A DNA stretch of 64,000 nucleotides from an uncultured candidate division Zixibacteria bacterium (GTDB lineage Bacteria > Zixibacteria > MSB-5A5 > GN15 > FEB-12). Shown here piece after piece: positions 36,832-45,826 of this stretch (position 1 is its first letter; every line of letters begins with the position of its first letter). The translations under genes and the position numbers were made by a program. A model generated the notes under the pieces. That model saw nothing but the letters and a program-made list of their open reading frames with translations. It had not been told where the DNA came from and ran no database searches. The stretch is from assembly GCA_963664195.1 (NCBI GenBank), contig OY760907.1, forward strand, positions 320,001-384,000, written 5' to 3'.

Positions 36832-38201
36832 ACTGTTTTGAGCATCTCCATAACTTCGGAGCGAATATGCGTTATCGAACCCGCTCCAATCGTAATCACG
36901 ACATCACCGCGCTTGACGACGCGTCTGATTTCCGCAGCAGCGTTTACTTTCCTTCCAACGTAGCTAAAATTCTCCCAGCCGTGTTCCTCGGCAATCGCCT
37001 TAATCATCTCTGAAGTCACTCCGGGGATTGGCTTCTCACGGGCTGGATAGATATCTGTCAAGATGCACCAGTCGGCATGCGAAAGGACCTCGGCAAACTC
37101 CTCCGCGAAGTTCTCCGTACGACTGTACAGGTGCGGCTGGAAAACAGCTATCACCCGACGCTTGTAGCTCTTCTTGGCCGTCGCCAGCGTGGCTCTGATT
37201 TCGGTCGGATGGTGCGCGTAGTCATCGACATACAGGATATCGTTCACCTCGCCGATCACCTCGAACCGTCGTCCGACACCGCTGAAATGCAGGAGCGCGT
37301 CGGCAACGGTCACGAACGCAATATCCAGCTCAAAGGCCGCAGCTACCGCTGCGAGGGCGTTGGCAACGTTGTGCTTACCGGGTACCGGCAGAATGATATC
37401 GCCCAGCAATTCATCTTTGCGATAGACAGAGAAAACGCTGCGTCCCGGTTCCTGCTTGATATCAACGGCCCGATAGTCGGCGTCCTCTGAGAAGCCAAAC
37501 GTCACGTACGGACGTGTAATGTTTTCGCGGATCAAACCGAGATTGAGATCATCAGCGTTGATCACGGCAGAGCCGTAGAACGGTACACGGTTGATATAGT
37601 AGAGGAAAGCGCCGCGAAGGTCGTCCATATCGTCATAGCAATCAAGATGGTCGGCCTCGATGTTCAACACCACCGCCATGCTGGGGAACATCGCGAAAAT
37701 CGAACGGTCGTACTCGTCGGCTTCGGCCACGAGATAGTCGCCGCTGCCAAGTTCCGCACCGGTGCCGAGTTCGGCCACCACGCCACCAACTACAAGAGTC
37801 GGCTCGAATTTTGCCTGCTGAAGGATTTTGCCGATCATCGACGTCGTCGTGGTCTTGCCATGCGTACCGGCGATACCGATTGAGAATTTCAGACGCATCA
37901 ACTCGCCCAGCATCTCGGCACGTTTGATCACAGGAATCCCGCGACGACGCGCCTCTTTCACTTCGGGGTTGTCTTCGCCGACTGCCGACGAGATCACGAC
38001 CACATCACAGTCTGCGACATGCTCTGCACTGTGACCTGCCAACACTCGGACACCAAGCGACCCGAGATACTCAGTGATTTCGCTGGGAGTGGAGTCTGAC
38101 CCGGAAATCGAGAACCCGAGGTTATGTAGAATCTCGCCGATCCCGGACATGCCGGCGCCGCCGATACCTACGAAGTGAAGTTTTTTGATCCGTCCAAACA
38201 T
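36828..38201 (-). CDS. murC: UDP-N-acetylmuramate--L-alanine ligase
   Basis: HFVGIGGAGMSG, GTHGKTTT, EADEYD, DDYAHHPTE; start ATG 38201 (TTG 38258 possible). Confidence 0.96.
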   Translation of the reverse strand: MFGRIKKLHFVGIGGAGMSGIGEILHNLGFSISGSDSTPSEITEYLGSLGVRVLAGHSAEHVADCDVVVISSAVGEDNPEVKEARRRGIPVIKRAEMLGELMRLKFSIGIAGTHGKTTTTSMIGKILQQAKFEPTLVVGGVVAELGTGAELGSGDYLVAEADEYDRSIFAMFPSMAVVLNIEADHLDCYDDMDDLRGAFLYYINRVPFYGSAVINADDLNLGLIRENITRPYVTFGFSEDADYRAVDIKQEPGRSVFSVYRKDELLGDIILPVPGKHNVANALAAVAAAFELDIAFVTVADALLHFSGVGRRFEVIGEVNDILYVDDYAHHPTEIRATLATAKKSYKRRVIAVFQPHLYSRTENFAEEFAEVLSHADWCILTDIYPAREKPIPGVTSEMIKAIAEEHGWENFSYVGRKVNAAAEIRRVVKRGDVVITIGAGSITHIRSEVMEMLKTV

Positions 38202-38247
38202 TACGTTGTCACAAGCAAAATGTGTTACCGTAGCCGGTGCGAGTTGT

Positions 38248-39390
38248 TCAATCTCCAACCGTTTTCTCCTGAGCGATTCCGATCAACTTTATGATATCTT
38301 CTGCGATTATATCTACAGCCGGCTTCCTGCCCGCCGTCTCCTGCGCAATCTTTCCACGCATGCTTTCTACCGTACCGTTCTCGAACAGAGTGATGGCCCT
38401 GGCAAGAATGTCGACTGAGTTCAAATCGTTCGGGTCGACTGTCTCTCCGAACCCGCGCGAAACATACGCCTGCGCGTTCTTGCGCTGATGGTCGCCGGCA
38501 GCGTACGGATACGGAATCAGCATCGCCGGCAGCTTGCAGGCTTCAAGCTCCGCCAGCGTGATCGCTCCGGCGCGGGCGACGACCAGATCCGCCGCCACAT
38601 AAACCAGTTCCATGTTAGGGTCAAACGGGAAGAGGAGGCCGCGGCTCATTCCCTGAGCTTTAGCTTCTACATCCTTGTAGTCTCCCCTTCCCGTTTGCCA
38701 AAGAAGCTGATAGTCGTCTTTCAGACTGCCGGTCTTCAGACTCTTCAGTATTGCCTCGTTGATTGAGCGTGCACCCTGCGACCCTCCCAGCACGAGGATT
38801 GTCTTTTTGTTGGCATCGAGACCGAAATGCTTCAGTGCTTCTCCCCTGTTGCCATCAGCGATCGTGCGTCTGACCGGATTGCCCGTAATCATTGTGGCGG
38901 CGTTGGTCGGTAGGAACGACCGGCCTTCCTCAAACCCGAGATACACGCGTGCGGCAGCGGCAGCGAGCCTTCGCGTTGATATGCCGGGAAACGAGTTCTG
39001 TTCCTGGAGCACGGTCGTTATCCCCATCATTGAGGCCATCTTGAGGACCGGCCAGGAAACATACCCACCGGTGCCAACGACAACGTGCGGTTTCGTTTCT
39101 TTCAAGATCGAACGCGACTTCAGAAGCGACCCGATCACCAGAAACGGCACGGCGAGGTTTTTCAGTGTTAGCGAACGAGCAATGCCGCGAATGTTCACCA
39201 GGCGAAGCGGGTAGCCAATACTGTCGCGCAGGCGATACTCGATCCCGCGTCTGGTGCCGACGAATTCGATCTTGGCCTTGCCGTCAAGCAAATCGCTGAC
39301 ACGGTTAGCTATAGCTATGGCCGGGAACAGGTGTCCCCCGGTACCGCCACCGGCGAATACCAGACGTGCGTTTTTCGGATGGGCGGTCAT
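38248..39390 (-). CDS. murG: Undecaprenyl-PP-MurNAc-pentapeptide GlcNAc transferase
   Basis: GGGTGGHLFP, GTGGYVS, EQNSFPG, GGSQGA, HQRKNA. Confidence 0.97.
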   Translation of the reverse strand: MTAHPKNARLVFAGGGTGGHLFPAIAIANRVSDLLDGKAKIEFVGTRRGIEYRLRDSIGYPLRLVNIRGIARSLTLKNLAVPFLVIGSLLKSRSILKETKPHVVVGTGGYVSWPVLKMASMMGITTVLQEQNSFPGISTRRLAAAAARVYLGFEEGRSFLPTNAATMITGNPVRRTIADGNRGEALKHFGLDANKKTILVLGGSQGARSINEAILKSLKTGSLKDDYQLLWQTGRGDYKDVEAKAQGMSRGLLFPFDPNMELVYVAADLVVARAGAITLAELEACKLPAMLIPYPYAAGDHQRKNAQAYVSRGFGETVDPNDLNSVDILARAITLFENGTVESMRGKIAQETAGRKPAVDIIAEDIIKLIGIAQEKTVGD

Positions 39391-40484
39391 GTTTTCACCC
39401 TCCGCGAAAGATTTAACAGCACACCTATCGCCATACTTGATATCAACAGCGATGATCCACCCGATGAAAAGAACGGCAGCGCGAGTCCGGTCACCGGAAG
39501 CAGGGCTGTCACCACACCGACATTGATCGCTATGTTCACAAACAACGACCAGGTCATACCGGCCGCGAGCAGGAATCCGAACTTGTCCGGCTGCGCCACC
39601 GCAATCCGACAGCCACGATAAACGAGAAACGCGAGCAGGCCCAGAACGACCAGCAATCCGATGAAGCCGATCTCTTCGCCCATGGTGGCCAGGATGAAAT
39701 CAGTGTGGGGATACGGCAGGAAAAACAGTTTCTGGCGGCCATCACCGAATCCCACACCGAACAGCCCCCCCGCCCCTAGTGTAAGCGCCGCCTGTTGAAC
39801 CTGATACCCACCCTGAAGGGGATCCGCCAGTGTCGCGAGGTAACTGAATATGCGATCTCTCTTGTATCCGAGCACAAACACCATGAACGATCCGCCGAGA
39901 ACCATCGGTGCCGCAGAATAAACGAGATGCTTCAATCTCGCCCCCGCCAGGAAGAACAAACCGACGGCCGTTACAAACACGACAATCGCCGTGCCCAGAT
40001 CCGGTTCGGCGACTATCAACGCCAGCCCGAGTCCGACAATCGGCACGTACGGGAACAGGAGTTGCCGGAGATCGGCCAGGTTTCTCTTCGGGTTCGACAA
40101 CGAAAACGCGAGATAGAAAATCATCAGGAACTTGAACAACTCCGAAGGCTGCATAGTCAGCGGTCCGAGGAACAGCCAGCGCTGGGAACCGTTTCGCGAT
40201 TCCATCAGAAAAACGAGACACAGCAGCAGCACGGAGAATAGGAGTCCGGGAGCCGAGTATACGGCCAAACGCTTGAGATCAACCTTGCCGATAATCCACA
40301 CGGCAAACACCGAGATCGCTGCCCACATGAACTGCTTGCGGAAAAACAGCCAGTGTGACCCGAAACGACTCTCTGCCATGATCGACGAAGCCGAATAGAC
40401 CATGATCACCCCTGCCACCAGCGTCAGCAGGTAGCAGACCAACAGCGAATCATCGATATGACTTTTAGCTGCCGATCGTCTCAT
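39387..40484 (-). CDS. ftsW: Peptidoglycan glycosyltransferase FtsW
   Basis: MVYSAS, QPSELFK, EPDLG, LPYPHTDFI, TGLALPF. Confidence 0.96.
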   Translation of the reverse strand: MRRSAAKSHIDDSLLVCYLLTLVAGVIMVYSASSIMAESRFGSHWLFFRKQFMWAAISVFAVWIIGKVDLKRLAVYSAPGLLFSVLLLCLVFLMESRNGSQRWLFLGPLTMQPSELFKFLMIFYLAFSLSNPKRNLADLRQLLFPYVPIVGLGLALIVAEPDLGTAIVVFVTAVGLFFLAGARLKHLVYSAAPMVLGGSFMVFVLGYKRDRIFSYLATLADPLQGGYQVQQAALTLGAGGLFGVGFGDGRQKLFFLPYPHTDFILATMGEEIGFIGLLVVLGLLAFLVYRGCRIAVAQPDKFGFLLAAGMTWSLFVNIAINVGVVTALLPVTGLALPFFSSGGSSLLISSMAIGVLLNLSRRVKT

Positions 40485-41856
40485 TTGAGCTCTTTCCGTT
40501 TTTCAACCCGGCCACGGCTTCCTTGAAAGCGCGGCCACGGTGTTCAAAGTTGTCAAACATATCAAAACTGGCACAACCGGGCGACAGCAATACCGTTTCG
40601 CCGGGATGGGCCATCTCAAAACATCTCTTGACTGCATCCTCAAGCGAGTCGGCAAACTCAATCGGGAAGGCCTTGCCCAACACGTCGAACAGCTTTTCGC
40701 GCGCTTCGCCGATAGCAATGATGCTCTTGATCGTTCCCTTGCCGAGTTCAACAAGCGGCGTAAAATCGCCCGCCTTGTCGCGGCCACCCGCTATCAAGTA
40801 AACCGGGTTGTCGAACGAACGTAGCGCCCAGCAGACCGAATCGACATTGGTCGCCTTCGAGTCATTAACAAACGCGACTCCGGCGACCGTGGCGACCTTC
40901 TCCAGCCGATGCTCCACGCCGGGAAAACTCCTCAGTGCGCGCGCCATCGCCTCTGTCGATACACCACACTGCGCAGCGACTGTCACAGCGGCGGCAGCAT
41001 TCTGCAAGTTGTGCGGGCCTTTGATCGCAATTCGGTCACACTCGATCACCTGCCGGGGTTCTCCATCGACTCTTACCCACAGCCAACCGTCGGAGACATA
41101 CGCCGCCGAGTCTTTCTTGTCACGAATGCTGAAAGTCAGCTTCTCAGCGTTGCTCGACGGATTGTCAGCCATGGACTCGTGGTCGTCGCGGTTAAGAATG
41201 AACACGTCACCCTCGGCCTGGTTCTCGGTGATGCGATACTTCGCCTGCTTGTACGCCTCAAAACTGCCGTGGCGATCTATGTGGTCCGGTGTCAGATTCA
41301 GGATGATCGACACGAACGGTCTGAAATCCGCAATTGTTTCCAGTTGGAACGAAGAAACCTCCACCACAGCCACGGACCCCGGATTCATCCGCATGACAAC
41401 CTCGGCCAGCGGACGTCCGATATTGCCGCAGACGTGGGTATCCAGTCCGCCGGCAGTGAGGATTTCGCCTATCAGTGTCGTCGTTGTCGTTTTACCATTC
41501 GACCCGGTAACGGCAACCATCCGCCCCTTGCACAGCCAGGACGCGAATTCGATCTCGGAAAAGATCGGTACGCCCTTGTCGCGGAGTTCCTTCACAATCT
41601 CAACGTGCAATGGAACACCCGGTGAAATCACTACGTAATCGCTGCTGAGTATCCGGTCGCTGTGGCCGTCGGTCTCAAACGGAATGTCGTGCTGACTCAA
41701 CTCGGCGCATCGTTCCTTGAGTGACGCGGCAGAACCGGAGTCGGAGACAAACGGAATCCCACCTCTCTTCAGCGCAACAATCGCCGCCGCCGTACCGGAT
41801 CTCTGCATGCCGAGTACGCCGATCTTTCTACCGTTTATTCGTTCTTCAATCGTCAT
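40465..41856 (-). CDS. murD: UDP-N-acetylmuramoylalanine--D-glutamate ligase
   Basis: TGSNGKTTT, EVSSFQLE, NDSKATN, LSPGCASFDMF. Confidence 0.97.
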   Translation of the reverse strand: MTIEERINGRKIGVLGMQRSGTAAAIVALKRGGIPFVSDSGSAASLKERCAELSQHDIPFETDGHSDRILSSDYVVISPGVPLHVEIVKELRDKGVPIFSEIEFASWLCKGRMVAVTGSNGKTTTTTLIGEILTAGGLDTHVCGNIGRPLAEVVMRMNPGSVAVVEVSSFQLETIADFRPFVSIILNLTPDHIDRHGSFEAYKQAKYRITENQAEGDVFILNRDDHESMADNPSSNAEKLTFSIRDKKDSAAYVSDGWLWVRVDGEPRQVIECDRIAIKGPHNLQNAAAAVTVAAQCGVSTEAMARALRSFPGVEHRLEKVATVAGVAFVNDSKATNVDSVCWALRSFDNPVYLIAGGRDKAGDFTPLVELGKGTIKSIIAIGEAREKLFDVLGKAFPIEFADSLEDAVKRCFEMAHPGETVLLSPGCASFDMFDNFEHRGRAFKEAVAGLKNGKSSNETIGS

Positions 41857-42941
41857 CGTATTTTCAACGTCGCCAGAGTTAAGAGTGCAAACAACACACC
41901 GATGATCCAGAACCGGACCACAACTTTCGACTCCGCCCAACCCATCAGTTCAAAGTGATGATGCAACGGAGCCATTTTGAACACTCGTTTGCCGCCACGA
42001 TACTTATATGACAGAACCTGGATTATCACTGAAAGCGTTGTCATCACAAACACGCCACCAACAATAATCAACAGCAGTTCCTTCTTCATCAAAATCGCCA
42101 CTGCTCCAAGCGCTCCTCCCAGAGCCAGCGAACCGGTATCTCCCATGAACACCGAAGCCGGGTGCGAATTGAACCAGAGGAACCCGAGCGACGCACCAAC
42201 CGCCGCTCCGCAGTAAATCGCGAGTTCTCCGGCTCCGGGGAAATACTCGATCTGCAGGTAGCTGGAAAAATCGAGTCGGCCGGTCACGTAAGCAATGCCG
42301 CCAAACGCAAGAAAACAGATCGCACAAAGTCCTATCGCAAGACCGTCGAGACCGTCAGTCAGGTTTACTGCGTTGGAACTGCCGGCGATCACGAAGATCA
42401 CGAACGGAATGTAGAATATCCCCAGGTTCAACACGAGGTTTTTGAAAAACGGAATCCCCGTCGTCCCGTCATACGCGTTCCCCGGCGCGAGGTATTCCAG
42501 GCCAGCCATGAAGAGCACGCCGAGCAATATCTGGCCGATCATTTTCTTGCGCGCCACAAGCCCCTTCGGCTGTTTTTTGATGACTTTCAAATAGTCATCC
42601 ATAAATCCGATTGCGCCGAGCCAGACCGTCACCAGCAGCGTCATCTGGATGAAATAGTTCGAGAGGTCAGCCCAGAGCACCGTTGGTATGACGATGCCTG
42701 CGAGAACAATCAGTCCGCCCATAGTCGGCGTGCCCGCTTTTTTCTGGTGCGACTCGGGACCTTCCTTGCGAATCGTTTCTGCCACTTGGAATCTCTTCAA
42801 CAGGTTGATGAAGAACGGTCCGAGTAGCAAACAGATGATAATCGCCGTTGCGGTCGCTCCGGCCATGCGGAAAGTGATGTACCGGAAAAGGTTCAAGCCG
42901 GAAACATGCTCTGTCAGCGGGTAGAGATACTCGTAGAGCAT
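41853..42941 (-). CDS. mraY: Phospho-N-acetylmuramoyl-pentapeptide transferase
   Basis: GTPTMGG, NAVNLTDGLDGLA, FMGDTGSL, MAPLHHHFE. Confidence 0.97.
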   Translation of the reverse strand: MLYEYLYPLTEHVSGLNLFRYITFRMAGATATAIIICLLLGPFFINLLKRFQVAETIRKEGPESHQKKAGTPTMGGLIVLAGIVIPTVLWADLSNYFIQMTLLVTVWLGAIGFMDDYLKVIKKQPKGLVARKKMIGQILLGVLFMAGLEYLAPGNAYDGTTGIPFFKNLVLNLGIFYIPFVIFVIAGSSNAVNLTDGLDGLAIGLCAICFLAFGGIAYVTGRLDFSSYLQIEYFPGAGELAIYCGAAVGASLGFLWFNSHPASVFMGDTGSLALGGALGAVAILMKKELLLIIVGGVFVMTTLSVIIQVLSYKYRGGKRVFKMAPLHHHFELMGWAESKVVVRFWIIGVLFALLTLATLKIR

Positions 42942-44329
42942 CAGGCCTTCTCCTCTTCGCCCTGCCAGGCTTTCAACACAGCCTCAAGGCCTATTCCGCG
43001 TGATCCCTTGAGATACACCGTGTCGCCTGCTTTCAGTTCAGACTTCATTTCGGCGATACAGCCATCAACAGACTCACAGTGTCTCAGCCTGTCCGGATAT
43101 CGGCTGATCCTTCGCGCGGTCTCGTGCGCCCGCTTTGACTCGGGACCGACCAGCATTGCGAGATCGAATCTCAGCATGCTCAGTTCACGCCCGATCTCCC
43201 GGTGAAACTTCTCGGACTCCTCGCCAAGTTCCAGCATATCGCCGAGAATGACAATTCGGCGTCCTTTTGCCGGATACTCCGCGAAGGACTTCAACCCGGA
43301 GCGTACAGAATCCGGGTTGGCGTTATAACAGTCAGCCACGAAGTCGATCCCGCCCGCGCTAATAACCTCGCCCCGCATGGGAGCCGTCGAGAGCGAGATA
43401 TTCTGAGTGTCCACACCTTTGAAGCTGTACCCGAGCGTGACCACAATAGCGTAAGCCGCCAGCAGATTGCTGACCTGGTACTGCCCGAAAACCGGCAGAC
43501 GGAACGTATAGCCGTCGATCATCACAAGCGTAGCGCCGGAGTCATCGCACTTGATTGCGTCGGGCATGAAGTCGGCCATAGAGTTAATGCCGAAAGTGAC
43601 GAGATATTCTTTGGCTTCGCGAGCCTCGCGCATCAGCAGCGGGTCATCGGCATTGACAATCAATGGTGCGCCCGACTCGGCAGCTCTGATCAAGTGCAGT
43701 TTTTCTCTCGCGACCGCCTCGACCGTGCCCAGGAATTCCAGATGCGTCGCGCTGATGTTCGTCATTGCTACCAGATGCGGCCTGATGATCCTGGCCAGCT
43801 TCTCCATTTCGCCCGGCACGGAAATTCCTGCCTCCATTATCGCCACACGGGTCTCAGTCGGCATGGCAAACAGGGACAGCGGCATCCCGAACAGATTGTT
43901 GAAATTGCCCGGCGAGCGATAGACCTTCGACTCTACCGCGCTGAGCAGACGATAGGTGAATTCCTTCGTGGTCGTCTTTCCGTTCGAGCCGGTAATACTG
44001 ACACGCCTGGCTTTGAGCGTATCGAGGTATGCCTTTGCGAGTCTGAGCATAGCATCATGGCTATCATCGACCCTGACACTCACTGCGTCTCCGGGGATCT
44101 CACCTGCCCAGCGCGTGTCGGAGACAACACCGGCAGCGCCGCGCTCGACCGCTTCGTCGATGAACTCGTGGCCGTCAAATCGCTCACCGCGAATGGCAAA
44201 AAACAACGCGCCCCGCTCAATCGTGCGGCTGTCGACCGAGACACCCGTAAACGTCCTCGCGGCCACACCCTGATCGACCAGTTTTCCGCCGGTCATGCCT
44301 GCCAGTTGTTCAAAGCTCAACGTAATCAC
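42941..44329 (-). CDS. murF: UDP-N-acetylmuramoyl-tripeptide--D-alanyl-D-alanine ligase
   Basis: DSR, ITGSNGKTTTKE, DCYNANP, GDMLELG, KGSRG. Confidence 0.96.
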   Translation of the reverse strand: MITLSFEQLAGMTGGKLVDQGVAARTFTGVSVDSRTIERGALFFAIRGERFDGHEFIDEAVERGAAGVVSDTRWAGEIPGDAVSVRVDDSHDAMLRLAKAYLDTLKARRVSITGSNGKTTTKEFTYRLLSAVESKVYRSPGNFNNLFGMPLSLFAMPTETRVAIMEAGISVPGEMEKLARIIRPHLVAMTNISATHLEFLGTVEAVAREKLHLIRAAESGAPLIVNADDPLLMREAREAKEYLVTFGINSMADFMPDAIKCDDSGATLVMIDGYTFRLPVFGQYQVSNLLAAYAIVVTLGYSFKGVDTQNISLSTAPMRGEVISAGGIDFVADCYNANPDSVRSGLKSFAEYPAKGRRIVILGDMLELGEESEKFHREIGRELSMLRFDLAMLVGPESKRAHETARRISRYPDRLRHCESVDGCIAEMKSELKAGDTVYLKGSRGIGLEAVLKAWQGEEEKA

Positions 44330-45810
44330 TGCTCCTCGGTATTCTCCTCGCCCGCGTATCCAAGATCGGCAAGCGCTTTTCTCGCCACCGCAAACTCATC
44401 GTACGGCTCCTTGACACCGTTCACTTCCTGATAGGTCTCCGAACCCTTGCCCGCCAACAACACCGTGTCGCCCTCTGAGGCCCTTCCAAGTAAGGCCCGG
44501 ATGGCTTCGTTGCGGTCGGCTATGATTTCGAAGTCTTCGCCGGATAGTCCCGGCAAAATGTCCTCGATAATATCCTGCGGGTTCTCGGAACGCGGGTTGT
44601 CCGAAGTTACCACCACATAGTCAGCGTTTTCGGTCGCCGCACGTCCCATCAGCGGACGTTTTCCTCGGTCACGGTCACCTCCGCAGCCAAACATCAGCAA
44701 CAGTTTGCCCTCGGTCAGTTCGCGAGCCGTTTCACACAGACGCATGATTGCATCCGAGGTGTGGGCGAAATCAACATACACGGCAAACGGCTGTCCGCAC
44801 TTGATCGGGTGCAACCGCCCGGCCACCGGCTCGGCAGCTTCGAGACCGCGTACCACGTTGTCGACGTCAACTCCACAGGCCAATCCTCCGGCTGCCGCCG
44901 CCAGAGCATTCTGCAAATTGAAGCGTCCGGGGAGCTTAAGACTAATGGTGCGATTCCCCATCGGCGTCACGAGGTCAAAGGTCGTTCCTTCCTGTTTCAA
45001 CTCGTAGTTGCTGCAGTAAACATCGGCTTTGCTGTCGCTGAGCGAATAGCTCATATCCGAGCAGTCAAGCTCGCCGAACAACGGACGGAATTCCTCGACG
45101 TCAAGATTGATCACCGCATAGCTGAGCGGCCCGTGCAGCTTCTTCAGCAGGAGCTTTTTCGCTTCGAGGTACTCTTCCATGTCGCTGTGGAAATCGAGGT
45201 GATCTCGTGTCAGATTCGTGTAGACCGCCACCCGAAAGTCTATGTTGTCCACCCGGTGTAGCGCCAGCGCGTGGGAGGAAACCTCAATCACCGCATTCAC
45301 ACAGTAATTCTTCTTCATCAGGAACAGAAGACGTTGCACATCAAGCGATTCCGGCGTCGTCCGGTCAGCTCTGAATTTCTCTTTGCTCGTATCGTACACC
45401 TGCGACGTAATCAATCCGGTAGTCTTATTGCGGGCCTCCAGAATGTGCTTTATCAAAAAACAGGTCGTGGTTTTGCCGTTGGTTCCGGTGACCCCGCACG
45501 CTTTGATGCGATCTCCGGGGTTGCCGTAAAACAGCGCGGAGACGTCGGACATCGCCTTGCGGATATTCGGTACCTGGATATGAGTGTCGATTCCGGGGCA
45601 TGCCGATCGCTCACCCATAACCGCAATCGCGCCGTTGGCTGTTGCCTGCTCGACGTAATCGTAGCCGTCGACCGCATATCCCTTCACGGCAAAAAACAAC
45701 CCTCCGGCTTTGATTTCCCGTGAGTCGTATTCTATCTGGGCGATCTCTATGTCCGCGTTGCCGCTGACGATCGCGTCCGGTACTGCCTTGAGAATCTCTG
45801 TAAGCTTGAT
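44326..45810 (-). CDS. murE: UDP-N-acetylmuramoyl-dipeptide--meso-diaminopimelate ligase; start ambiguous
   Basis: TGTNGKTT, TTPES, EVSSH, GCGGDRD, SDNPRSE; homology-like frame extends to ATC 45810 (IKLTEIL..YDSR). Confidence 0.93.
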   Translation of the reverse strand: MKLTEILKAVPDAIVSGNADIEIAQIEYDSREIKAGGLFFAVKGYAVDGYDYVEQATANGAIAVMGERSACPGIDTHIQVPNIRKAMSDVSALFYGNPGDRIKACGVTGTNGKTTTCFLIKHILEARNKTTGLITSQVYDTSKEKFRADRTTPESLDVQRLLFLMKKNYCVNAVIEVSSHALALHRVDNIDFRVAVYTNLTRDHLDFHSDMEEYLEAKKLLLKKLHGPLSYAVINLDVEEFRPLFGELDCSDMSYSLSDSKADVYCSNYELKQEGTTFDLVTPMGNRTISLKLPGRFNLQNALAAAAGGLACGVDVDNVVRGLEAAEPVAGRLHPIKCGQPFAVYVDFAHTSDAIMRLCETARELTEGKLLLMFGCGGDRDRGKRPLMGRAATENADYVVVTSDNPRSENPQDIIEDILPGLSGEDFEIIADRNEAIRALLGRASEGDTVLLAGKGSETYQEVNGVKEPYDEFAVARKALADLGYAGEENTEEQ

Positions 45811-45826
45811 CTTCCCTAACCTCGAT